From Isurus oxyrinchus (Eukaryota): DNA of 63,706 nucleotides. The notes beneath the pieces are model-generated. The model was not told where the DNA came from, searched no databases, and saw only the letters and a list, made by a program, of their open reading frames with translations. A program made the position numbers and the translations under genes. Positions 25,235 to 36,194 of the stretch are shown here, piece by piece (within the stretch, counting starts at the first letter, position 1; each line of letters begins with the position of its first letter). The stretch covers positions 35,216,295 through 35,280,000 of the forward strand of contig JANJGN010000024.1 in NCBI GenBank assembly GCA_026770705.1. Reading direction: 5' to 3'.

Positions 25235-25400
25235 ATTCATTTATGGGATGTGGGCATCGCTGGCTAGGCCTACATTTAAGGACCCTTCCTAATTGCCCTT
25301 GAGGAGGTGGTGGTGAGTTGACTTCTTGAACTGCTGCAGTCCATATGGTGTAGGTACATCCACAGTGCTGTTAGGGAGGAAGTTCCAGGAATTTGAAATC
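25235..25400 (-). mobile_element. CR1/L2-group LINE tail fragment
   Basis: Same tail family as 6745-7013. Confidence 0.7.
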
Positions 25401-25538
25401 ATGTGTGAAGTCTGAGTTTGTGGTGACCAACTCCAATACCTGACTATCCTGTCATAAAACCAGGTCTAGGTCCAGAAACAAAAACAGAATTACCTGGAAA
25501 AACTCAGCAGGTCTGGCAGCATCGGCGGAGAAGAAAAG

Positions 25539-25577
25539 AGTTGACGTTTCGAGTCCTCATGACCCTTCGACAGAACT
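25539..25577 (-). ncRNA. Minimal type I hammerhead ribozyme (CUGUCGA variant), left pLTR
   Basis: Reverse complement of AGTTCTGTCGAAGGGTCATGAGGACTCGAAACGTCAACT. Confidence 0.78.
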
Positions 25578-25935
25578 TGAGTTCGAGTCCAAGAAAGTTG
25601 AAATATAAGCTGGTTTAAGGTGTGTGTGTGGGGGGCGGAGAGATAGAGAGAGAGAGAGGTGTGGTTGTATGGACAGAAGCAGATCATCAAAAGATGTCAA
25701 CGACAATAGTACAATAGAACACATAGGTGTTAAAGTTAAAGTTGGTGATATTATCTAAACGAATGTGCTAATTAAGAATGGATGGTAGGGCACTCAAGGT
25801 ATAGCTCTAGTGGGGGTGTTTTTTTTTAATTTTTTTTATATAATGGAAATAGGTGGGAAAAGGAAAATCTTTATAATTTATTGGAAAAAAAAAGGAAGGG
25901 GGAAACAGAAAAGGGGTGGGGATGGGGGAGGGAGC

Positions 25936-27083
25936 TCACGACCTAAAGTTGTTGAATTCAATATTCAGTCCGGAAGGCTGTAAGGTGCCTAGTCGGAAGA
26001 TGAGGTGTTGTTCCTCCAGTTTGCGTTGGGCTTCACTGGAACAATGCAGCAAGCCAAGGACAGACATGTGGGCAAGAGAGCAGGGTGGAGTCTTAAAATG
26101 GCAAGCGACAGGGAGGTTTGGGTCATTCTTGCGGACAGACCGCAGGTGTTCTGCAAAGCGGTCGCCCAGTTTACGTTTGGTCTCTCCAATGTAGAGGAGA
26201 CCACATTGGGAGCAACGAATGCAGCAGACTAAGTTGGGGGAAATGCAAGTGAAATGCTGCTTCACTTGAAAGGAGTGTTTGGGCCCTTGGACGGTGAGAA
26301 GAGAGGAAGTGAAGGGGCAGGTGTTACATCTTTTACGTGGGCATGGGGTGGTGCCATAGGAGGGGGTTGAGGAGTAGGGGGTGATGGAGGAGTGGACCAC
26401 GGTGTCCCGGAGGGAGCGATCCCTACGGAATGCCGATAAGGGGGGTGAAGGGAAGATGTGTTTGGTGGTGACATCATGCTGGAGTTGGCGGAAATGGCGG
26501 AGGATGATCCTTTGAATGCGGAGGCTGTTGGGGTGATAAGTGAGGACAAGGGGGACCCTATCATGTTTCTGGGAGGGAGGAGAAGGCATGAGGGCGGATG
26601 CGCGGGAGATGGGCCGGACACGGTTGAGGGCCCTGTCAACGTCCGTGGGTGGAAAACCTCGGTTAAGGAAGAAGGAGGACATGTCAGAGGAACTGTTTTT
26701 GAAGATAGCATCATCGGAACAGATGCGACGGAGGCGAAGGAACTGGGAGAATGGGATGGAGTCCTTACAGGAAGCGGGGTGTGAGGAGCTGTAGACGAGG
26801 TAGCTATGGGAGTCGGTGGGTTTGTAATGGATATTGGTGGACAGTCTATCACCAGAGATTGAGACAGAGAGGTCAAGGAAGGGAAGGGAAGTGTCAGAGA
26901 TGGACCACGTGAAAATGATGGAGGGGTGGAGATTGGAAGCAAAATTAATAAATTTTTCCAAGTCCCGACGAGAGCATGAAGCGGCACCGAAGTAATCATC
27001 GATGTACCGGAGAAAAAGTTGTGGAAGGGAGCAGGAGTAGGACTGCAACAAGGAATGTTCCACGTACGCCATAGCTGGGGCCC
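25936..27083 (-). CDS. Penelope-like RT-GIY-YIG polyprotein, 5'-truncated (left arm)
   Basis: FLRYIDD (RT catalytic motif), LPFLD, YKPTDSHSYL, CPRKRCNTC linker, NLVCCIRCSQCGLLYIGET (GIY-YIG), GLN at the C-terminus. Frame is open. The ORF-track N-terminus is read-through from the opposite arm. Confidence 0.9.
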
Positions 27084-28239
27084 CAGCTATGCCTGTCTCT
27101 TTATGGGGTATGTGGAACATTCCTTGTTGCAGTCCTACTCCGGCCCCCTTCCACAACTTTTTCTCCGGTACATCGATGATTACTTCGGTGCCGCTTCATG
27201 CTCTCGTCGGGACTTGGAAAAATTTATTAATTTTGCTTCCAATCTCCACCCCTCCATCATTTTCACGTGGTCCATCTCTGACACTTCCCTTCCCTTCCTT
27301 GACCTCTCTGTCTCAATCTCTGGTGATAGACTGTCCACCAATATCCATTACAAACCCACCGACTCCCACAGCTACCTCGACTACAGCTCCTCACACCCCG
27401 CTTCCTGTAAGGACTCCATCCCATTCTCCCAGTTCCTTCGCCTCCGTCGCATCTGTTCCGATGATGCTATCTTCAAAAACAGTTCCTCTGACATGTCCTC
27501 CTTCTTCCTTAACCGAGGTTTTCCACCCACGGTCGTTGACAGGGCCCTCAACCGTGTCCGGCCCATCTCCCGCGCATCCGCCCTCACGCCTTCTCCTCCC
27601 TCCCAGAAACATGATAGGGTCCCCCTTGTCCTCACTTATCACCCCACCAGCCTCCGCATTCAAAGGATCATCCTCCGCCATTTCCGCCAACTCCAGCATG
27701 ATGCCACCACCAAACACATCTTCCCTTCACCCCCCTTATCGGCATTCCGTAGGGATCGTTCCCTCCGGGACACCCTGGTCCACTCCTCCATCACCCCCTA
27801 CTCCTCAACCCCCTCCTATGGCACCACCCCATGCCCACGTAAAAGATGTAACACCTGCCCCTTCACTTCCTCTCTCCTCACCGTCCAATGGCCCAAACAC
27901 TCCTTTCAAGTGAAGCAGCATTTCACTTGCATTTCCCCCAACTTAGTCTACTGCATTCGTTGCTCCCAATGTGGTCTCCTCTACGTTGGAGAGACCAAAC
28001 GTAAACTGGGCGACCGCTTTGCAGAACACCTGCGGTCTGTCCGCAAGAATGACCCAAACCTCCCTGTCACTTGCCATTTTAAGACTCCACCCTGCTCTCT
28101 TGCCCACATGTCTGTCCTTGGCTTGCTGCATTGTTCCAGTGAAGCCCAACGCAAACCGGAGGAACAACACCTCATCTTCCGACTAGGCACCTTACAGCCT
28201 TCCGGACTGAATATTGAATTCAACAACTTTAGGTCATGA
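27078..28239 (+). CDS. Penelope-like RT-GIY-YIG polyprotein, 5'-truncated (right arm)
   Basis: GPSYACLFMG (RT motif B'), FLRYIDD, Cys-rich linker CPRKRCNTC, NLVYCIRCSQCGLLYVGET...RFAEH (GIY-YIG). Frame is open to the stop at 28239. Confidence 0.92.
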
Positions 28240-28622
28240 GCTCCCTCCCCCATCCCCACCCCCTTTCTGTTTCCTCCTTCCTTTTTTTTTCCAATAAATT
28301 ATAAAGATTTTCCTTTTCCCACCTATTTCCATTATAAAAAAAAACACCCCCACTAGAGCTATACCTTGAGTGCCCTATCATCCATTCTTAATTAGCACAT
28401 TCGTTTAGATAATATCACCAACTTTAACTTTAACACCTATGTGTTCTATTGTACTATTGTCGTTGACATCTTTTGATGATCTGCTTCTATCACTGCTTGT
28501 TTGTCCACACAACCACATCACCCCCACCCCCCCCAACCCCTCTCTCTCTCTCTCTTTCTCCGCCTCCCACACACACACCTTAAACCAGCTTATATTTCAA
28601 CTCTTTCCTGGACTCGAACTCA

Positions 28623-28661
28623 AGTTCTGTCGAAGGGTCATGAGGACTCGAAACGTCAACT
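28623..28661 (+). ncRNA. Minimal type I hammerhead ribozyme (CUGUCGA variant), right pLTR
   Basis: Stem I AGTT/AACT, core CTGTCGA (28627-28633), stem II GGGTC/GACTC, GAAA (28650-28653), ACGT palindrome; predicted cleavage after C28657. Confidence 0.78.
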
Positions 28662-29479
28662 CTTTTCTTCTCCGCTGATGCTGCCAGACCTGCTGAGTTT
28701 TTCCAGGTAATTCTGTTTTTGTTTTGGATTTCCAGCATCTGCAGTTTTTTTGTTTTTATCTCTAGGTCCAGAAACATCTGTCTACTTTGCATGTTGTTTC
28801 TACATGCATGAGCAGTATTATGGTGGCTATTTTCAAAGCTGTAACTTAGCCGTCAATGTGTACAGAATGTACTGGTTTGCTAATGTGAGATTGGATTTTT
28901 TAAATATTTTGGGGGATATCGTGCTATTCTGTAAAGGAGGCTGGGTGATTGTGTGTATGTGTGTGTGTGTGTGTGTATATGAATTAATTAAGCTGGGAAG
29001 AGTTTGAAAGGTGTCAGGTTGTCTGGGAGTTTGGAGACATGAAAAGGATAGAGGTGTTAAGTTGAAGTATAAGCAAATAGGTTAGATTTAACATTTGCAT
29101 TTTTAGATAAGTTGAGAGTTTGTTTTAATATCAAAGAGAGTCAGAGGTTAAAGGAAAATGTTTGCATCTTACAGGAGTTCATAGGTAAACAAGTAATGGA
29201 GATATGGTATTTTTATTGACCCCAAAGCAAAGACAAGATGGAAACATGAAAGATCTTATTTTTGGAAGGCTTTGAGTTTCAAAGAGGTGTGAGAACAATA
29301 GAAAGGAGATGAAAGGTAAAAAGGTTATATTAGAGCTACTGTGAATAGCTTGGGATAGCTGTTGAAATAGCTGGAGCTCTGGGCTCGGAGAGAATGCAAT
29401 TTGAATCACCCATCCAGTCAAGCCAGAGATGTATTGGGCTGCAACAAGCAGTTTTATTCTGAAGTGGATTCCATAGCAA

Positions 29480-29869
29480 AGTGGAAGAAGGTAAAGGTCA
29501 TCTGGTATACCTTTATTGAAACTACAGCAGGTTGCCTTGTGTAATATTATAATATTGCTGGATTTCATATTTAAACATCTATAATGTTGTGCTGCCTGGG
29601 AAGTGTTTTCTTGTGGGTTTGACCAAGTATAGAATTTTGAGGAAGTGTTTTCTAAGACTAACCTTAATTGTGTAACTGTAGTCTTAAGTGCTCAGGTTGT
29701 CCTTTATTTTTTGTTAATGAAATGTTTACTTTTATTTTTTAAAAACCCCTTACTGCTGAGATCAGAGCGTCTTCTTCTTGGTTTTAGAAAAAAAGGTTGT
29801 GGTCCGTAAGCCAAATTTCCCTCTGGGATTTGGTTTGTGCAGTAATTAACACCGGCTGTGGTCATAACA
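29480..29869 (+). repeat. 5' LTR (portion shared with the 3' copy)
   Basis: Colinear with 33862-34267; ends CACCGGCTGTGGTCATAACA. Confidence 0.85.
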
Positions 29870-29873
29870 AATT

Positions 29874-29892
29874 TGGGGGCTCTTTGCAGGAT
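29874..29892 (+). promoter_or_regulatory. Primer binding site, tRNA-Pro type (degenerate)
   Basis: TGGGGGCTC-TTTGCAGGAT immediately after the LTR resembles the tRNA-Pro PBS TGGGGGCTCGTCCGGGAT. Confidence 0.7.
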
Positions 29893-29999
29893 TATTAAAA
29901 TACCTTGATTGGGTTGGAGTTTGTGAACCCAAGGGATATGAGCACAAAAAGAACACTGAACTCAGAAGTTTTGTGTTGAGGGGTTTTAAAGTGGTCAGA

Positions 30000-31400
30000 C
30001 TGAAAAATGACTTGAGCAATTGCTATGACTTTTCTGGGAGTGGAAAATTATCTGTGGAGCATTCGAAATCTCCGTTTGAAGCTCAGTTGAGAGAATTAGC
30101 GGATGAAGTGCAGGTGGAGATAAAAGCGGAATTTCGTCAGGCAGATATGGTTAAAGTACTTACCCAGCATTTAAATTGGAGGAAGGGATACCTGTATCCT
30201 GAAGGGATAGCTGTGTGCCACAGCTGGAGGCAGTAAGGCTTCAGTTGCAAATTAAGCAGCTTGATACAGAAGGAGATAGACAAAGGAAAAAGCTTGAACT
30301 GGAAGAAAGAGAAATGAAAAAACTCAAAAAAGAAAAGGAGAGATTGAAAGACCTAGAAATAAAAAAACATTCAATGGGAAAGAGAGCAGCAGGAAAATGA
30401 AAAAAAAAGATTATAAGAAATAGAAATGTGAAGGCATGAACTTGAGCTTCGGAGAGAGAAGTTAACAATTGAGTAAAGAGAAGTGGAAAGAGATAGGGAA
30501 CTTCAGAAAATGTAAGAAGCCACTCATTATGAATTGGAACTTAGAATTAAGGAAGAAAGTAGTGATAGTGATTCAGATGGTGATTTTGATTCCTTTGAGG
30601 AATTTAATTTAACTAAAAACCTGTGGTCAGTGCCCAAGAGGATGGAGTTGAAAAATATTTTACCTCGTTTGCAAAGTTAGCTATGAAATTGAATTGGCCA
30701 AGACATGCTTGCGCTATCATGTTAGAATGTTTTTTTCAGGTACAGCAATGAATGTATATGTAAGCTTCTCAGAGGACCAATGAGCAGATTACAAAACAGT
30801 AAAGTAGACGATAGTAAATGCTTAACAAAAACAAAAACCTATATAAATTATATATAAATTTTAAATGCTTATAAGCTTGTCCCTGAAGCTTATCAGTTGA
30901 AGTTTAGAGCTTTAAGGAAAATACTTAATCAGACTTATATAGATTTTTCAAGAGAAAAATAAATTATCTGGGACCAATGGTTCAGGGCATTAAAGTTAGA
31001 TAAGACTTTTGAAAATGTAAGTGAGATTATGATTATGGAAGAATTTAGAAATAGCATTCCAGTAAACATCAAGATATATTTAGATGAAAGACAAAGCAAA
31101 AAGATCAGAGAAGCTGCATAGCCGATATGTATGATATTTCACATAAACAGTTAAATGTAGGAATAGGGTCATATGGAAATCATCAGACAAGTCGGAAATT
31201 TAGAAAACTGAATGATGGTAAAAATGTTAGTAATAAAGACCAAGCTGGAGAACACCAGTCTATTAAAGATGGAAAGTTGGAAATTAGGATTGAAGGAAGG
31301 AAATTGATATGCTACTATTGTAATAAGGCGGGACACACAAGATCAAGTTGTTGGAGGTTAAACAAGAAACCAATTGCAGTAACTGGAACTCAGAAAGTTT
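30000..31400 (+). pseudogene. gag: Gypsy gag remnant with CCHC zinc knuckle
   Basis: Coiled-coil E/K/R-rich stretch, VEKYFTSFAKLAMKLNWP and AYKLVPEAY motifs, CYYCNKAGHTRSSC knuckle near 31310-31350. Many stops and frameshifts. Confidence 0.75.
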
Positions 31401-31559
31401 CAGGAAGTAAGATACTGTGGGCTCTGATATGCAGAGGCAAGAAAAAACAGTGGTTTATGTACAAGTGGAGCAGGAAGAATCAGTGGTGGCTAAAGAAGTG
31501 GGAATGTATTTGCAACGTACCCAAGGGAGTTCTGAAGGGCAGCTGCAGAGTGGTTTAAA

Positions 31560-31900
31560 GATTTTATATGCAAAGGCAAAATGTATCCATGTGTACAGGA
31601 AAGAGCAGGAAAGGGTGTCAAAATGTTTAGGGGTACTGGGGCTAGCCAGTCCTTAATGTTATGGGATAGTGCTATCTGTTGTCCAGAAGGGCTATTGCAG
31701 AACAAAATATTAATTAAGGGAATCCATGGTGAAGTCAAGCCTATTTCATTGTGTAGGGTGAATTTAAAACAGGAAAGGTGATTGTTGGGGTAGTGGAGAA
31801 ATTGCCCATTGCAGGGGTTCAATTTATCCTAGGGAATGAAATAGCTGTATCACAGATATAGGCAATGCCTACTGTAGTAGAGCAGCCTGTTGAGACACAA
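31560..31900 (+). pseudogene. Gypsy aspartic protease remnant
   Basis: VKMFRGTGASQSL (degenerate RDTGA) and downstream VGVVEKLPIAGVQFILGNE. Confidence 0.7.
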
Positions 31901-32269
31901 GCAACAGAGGTGTTACACAAAGAGCATGCTGGATTGTTTCTAGATTGTATGGTAGCGAGATCACAGCACACAAGTTTAAACAGGAAGAGGAGCAGTCTAA
32001 AAGACAGGGGGAGGATACTGAAATTCAGTTGGCTGGATCGATCTTTGAAAAGATTACTCGGGGGGGGGGGGGAGATTAAAGAAGATGAGGTTGAGATGTT
32101 TCGTTCTGTGCAATTAATGGGAATTACAGCCAAAGGATTCAGATTTAAAGAAATTGTATCAGACAGCTTATTCTGAAACAGGAGCAGAATTCATTCCAGA
32201 GAATTATTACTTTAAGAACAATGTGCTGATGAGCAAATGGAGACTGCCTCGTATTCCCGCAAATAAAAA

Positions 32270-33875
32270 GCGAGTGGTAGTGCACCAAGTGGTAACACCG
32301 TCTGGGTAGCGGAATGAAATTTTGAGAATGGCTCATGAAATTCCAATGGCTGGACACTTGGGAATTCGGAAAGCTCAAACTAAGATACAAAAACATTTCT
32401 ATTGGCCTGAACTACAGAAAGATATCAGCTGATAGGAAAGCCTCAGGCAGTGATTAAGTCTGTACCTTTAATTCCAATTCCAGCATTTGAGCAACTTTTT
32501 AACAGGGTCCTAATTGATTGTGTGTGACCCCTGCCAAAGACTAAAAGTGGAAATCAGTACTACTGACAATCACAGATGTATCCATCAGATTTCCAGAAGC
32601 AATACCTTTCAGGAAAATGACAGCAAAGGTGATTGTAGAACAGTTAACCAAATTCTTTACAAGTTATGGATTACCAAAAGAAATACAGTCAGCTCAGGGA
32701 TTGGATTTCATGGGTAGAATCTTCGGCTCGATGAGCAGGCCCTGCCCCCGCTCGCCGAGGTGTAAAATGAAGCGTGGTGATGTCAGGTGTGTGTCCTGAC
32801 CTCACCGTGTGTCATTTAGATTTTCAGTTCAGCAGACGCGCTGTTAAGGCCATTTAAAAAGTCAATAAGGCAATTACCTGAGCTGCCCGTCCAACCTTAA
32901 AGTTGACGGGGCAGACGAAGAGACCAGGCGGCCTTCACATTTTTCATGGAACCTCATCCACGGGCGGGATGAGGCTTCATGAACGTTTTTGAAGTGTTTG
33001 AAAAATTTTTAATAAAATTAACGGACATGACCCAGGCCATGTGACAGTTTCACATGAGGGGACATGTCCTTAATTTTTTTTTATCTTTATTCAATGTTTT
33101 ATAAGTGAAAGTAATCTTTCTGAAGTACCTCTGTGCCTCAGGGAGATTTCTGCGCTTTTTCACGCGTATGCCTGACTTGGGCAACCAACCCTAACCCTGC
33201 CCACATAAAATGGCGGCACCCAGCCGATTGGGGGCGCTGATTGGCTGCACGCCCGCCCGCGCCCCCACACAAGTCCCCCAATGGGGAGAAAATTCTCCTC
33301 CACATCACAGCTGTTTAAAGAGGTAATGAACAACCTAGGAATAAAGCAATTTACATCGCACATCTATCACCCTGAGTCACGAGGAGCCTTAGAAAGATGG
33401 CATCAGACATTAAAGTCAATTATTAGTGCATTTACTCAAAACTGTCCACATGATTAGCATCCAGGAATTCCATTCTTGCTATTTGTTATTAGGGTCACCC
33501 CTAATGAGTCAACAGGGTTCAGTCCTTTCGAGTTAATTTATGGTAATTAATTAAGGGGACCACTCAAACTGATTCAGCAGAAATTAGCAAATCAAAGTTC
33601 TGAACCAACTCTCCTGGATTAAGTGATGAAATTCAGAGAGAGACTGAGTAAGGCGTATCAATTAGCTAGAAGATACTTAAAGAAAATTCAACAAGTGATG
33701 AAAGCGAGGGCAGGCAAGAGGGCAAGGCTTGTAGTTTTGTGGTTGAGGAAAAAGTGTTAATATTGTTGCCAGTATCAGGCAAACCATTGAAGGCAAGGTT
33801 TAGCGGATCATATCAGATTGAAAAGAAACTGAGTGAAGTAAACTACATAGTAAATACCTCAGAAAGTAGGAAGAG
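32270..33875 (+). pseudogene. Gypsy integrase remnant, split by a MITE
   Basis: AHEIPMAGHLGIRK...FYWP (zinc-binding), FPEAIP...GLPKEIQSAQGLDF, then after the MITE YHPESRGALERWHQTLK, TGFSPFEL, and KARFSGSYQI (GPY/F). Confidence 0.85.
32711..33300. mobile_element. Harbinger-type MITE inserted in the Gypsy integrase
   Basis: TIRs GGGTAGAATCTT and AAAATTCTCCTC with flanks CAT/CAC. Removing the element and one 3-bp flank restores the D-F-T-S-Q reading frame. Confidence 0.8.
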
Positions 33876-34267
33876 GGTAAAGGTCATGTGGTATACATTT
33901 ATTGAAACTACAACAGTTTGCCTTGTGTAATATTGGATTTCATAGTTAAACATCTATGAGGGAGTGTTGCCTATAAGGTGTTTATTTGTGAGTTTGACCA
34001 TGTAGAGAGTTTTTCGGGAAACGTTTTGAAAGACCAACATTAATTGTGTAACTGTAATCTTGTGTGCTTAAGTTTTCTTTTTTTGTGTGTGAATAAAACT
34101 TTTATTTTTAATTTTTAAAATCACAGAAGTGTTACTGGACCTCTTACTGCTGAGATCGATACATCTTCTAAGTTTCAGAACACAAAACAAAAGGTTGTGG
34201 CCCATAAGCCAAGTTTCCCTCTGGGATTTGGTTTGTGCAGCAACTAACACCGGCTGTGGTCATTACA
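33862..34267 (+). repeat. 3' LTR (5'-truncated)
   Basis: Direct repeat of 29480-29869 with AATAAA near 34092; ends GGTCATTACA. Confidence 0.85.
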
Positions 34268-34574
34268 TTAGTTAAGCCTGTCTTTCCTTAACTATTAATC
34301 CTGTTGCCTGATATCCTTAAATTTTAAATCCTGGTTGAGTAACTTTGTGTGTTTATCTCGTTTTATCAGTCAGAAAGAGGATCAAAATGGAACTGTCAAA
34401 ATCAGGCGAGGTAAGAACATCACCTCATTCACCAATATATTTGTAAAAATGTGCTCCACAAACCCTGACTTATTTGTTTAAGATCAAAATTGTGTTGCAA
34501 AATGTTATAATGAAGAAATAATTTGCTTCTCCCTTCCCCTTAGATAATGTTGTGGTTCGTTGCTGTTTAAATCC

Positions 34575-35260
34575 AAAGCAAAATGCTGCGGACATCTGAA
34601 ATAAAAACAGAAAATGCTGAAAATACTCAGCAGGTCTGGCAGCACCTGTGGAGAGAGAAACAGAGTTAACGTTTCAGGTCGATGACCTTTCACCAGAACT
34701 GGGAAAAGTTAGGAATGTAATAGGCTTTAAGCAAGTGAAAGGAGAAGGTGAGAAAAGAACAAAAGGAAAGGTCTGTGATTGGGTGGAAGGCAGGAGAGAT
34801 TAAATAACAAAAGATTTGGAGGTGAAGGATCAAAGGGACAGTGGGACAAGTAAACAAACAACAGTAGGTGAAAAGCAGAATGACAAACATCTACCATCTG
34901 AAATCAAAACAAGATAAAAATGAGAGTAAAACTGAAACCTGCAAGCTCAAAGGAAACAACATGGGGCCAAGGATGATGGTCTGAAATTGTTGAACTCAGC
35001 TTTAAGTCTGGAAGGCTGCAAAGTGCCTAATTTTAAAAACTGATGTGTTCCCCGAGCTTACATTGAGATTCATTGAATGCTGCGGGAGGTCGAGAACAGA
35101 GAGCAAGGTGGGGAATTAAAATGACAGGTGACTCAAAGTTTGGGGTCACGTTTACGGTCTGAATGGAGATGTTCTACAAAGCGGCCACCCGTTCTGCGCT
35201 TGGTCTCCCCAGTGCACCACAGACTGCATCGTGAAAAGCAAATACAGTTTGCCCATGTGT
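34575..35260 (-). mobile_element. Penelope-like element 3' fragment (second family), decayed, with hammerhead
   Basis: GIY-YIG remnants (HWGDQ/GET-like, EFNNF) on the minus strand. Hammerhead AGTT-CTGGTGA-A-AGGTC-ATC-GACCT-GAAA-CGTT-AACT at 34664-34700. Confidence 0.75.
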
Positions 35261-36194
35261 TGTTGAAGTGTGTGATCTTTCAACCTGAAGGGAAGAGAAA
35301 AAGATTTTGTTAAAGAATCTAAGGCCCAAAATACTGCTTCCAAGTAAAACAAAGATTTACTTTGTTCAATTTAGCAGTGGAGGTGGGGAGGAGTAGGGAG
35401 TGTGGGGGTAGTTCAGTCTGCCAGCTGGTTAGCATGTGGTTCAGAATAATGCCAATAACACAGGTTCAAGCAGACTTGGGTCCTCCCTCCCCACCTGCCC
35501 CAGCTTGATGCACAGTAGTGCCCCTCAAGCTAGATGATCAATTGTCTCTCTCTCTCTTTCTGTCTTAAAGAGAGAGATGCCTACAGTCCCTTGTGGACTA
35601 TACCTAACTACCTACCTAACTTTCAGTTCAGTAAACTATATTCATTGCTCATAATGCAGTCTGTTCTACACTGGGGAGACCAAACACAGATTGGGTGGCC
35701 TCCATCCAAGTCAGCAAGCATGACCCCATGTTTTCGGTCATCTTTCATTTTAGTTCTCCATCTTGCTCTCACGCATGATTTTATTGAATAGCATAGTAGG
35801 ATTGAGGGGACGATTGGTCTACTCCTGCTCCTGTTTCTTACTTTCTTATCTCTGCCACAGTCAGAAACAGTTCTTGCTCGAAGGAGCTCAGTGAATCAGC
35901 ATTCATCATTGTTCCACTAGGTTTACCACTCCCTGGGAAAAGAACACCTAACCTAAGGGGATATTATGAAAATCTTTTTTCACCCAGAGGGTGGTGGGTG
36001 TCTGGAATTTGATAGTTGAGTCATAAACCTTCAACTCATTCAAAAGGTACCTGGATCTGTAACAGAAGCACTGTAACTTGCAAGGCTCGGCCTTACACGT
36101 CTTGAGTTTGTGACCTCAGCTGCTTTCTAACTGATCCAGTGGAGAAAAAATAAGTCTACACAACATTATCCTTTCATCATCTTATTAATCTCAA

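Larger units (their letters stand above)
25476..28760. mobile_element. Palindromic (head-to-head) Penelope-like element insertion, Neptune-type
   Basis: Two ~1.6 kb arms are reverse complements meeting at 27080/27081. Flanked by the direct repeat TCTAGGTCCAGAAACA (25465-25480 and 28761-28776). Confidence 0.95.
28900..34267 (+). mobile_element. Decayed Gypsy LTR retrotransposon, Gmr1-type domain order (gag-PR-IN), RT/RNase H absent
   Basis: Direct repeats 29480-29869 and 33862-34267 both end in CA, PBS follows the first, and gag, PR and IN remnants lie between. The 5' boundary of the left LTR is approximate. Confidence 0.85.

Noticed and set aside
26262-27913. Alternative-frame Ser/Pro-rich ORFs in the Penelope arms (245 and 274 aa)
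   Set aside because: Shadow frames of a C-rich coding strand, duplicated only because the arms are inverted copies.
25476-28760. Palindrome as a sequencing or assembly fold-back artefact
   Set aside because: The arms differ by substitutions and indels, and unique sequence with a direct-repeat target flanks both ends; still worth confirming with reads.
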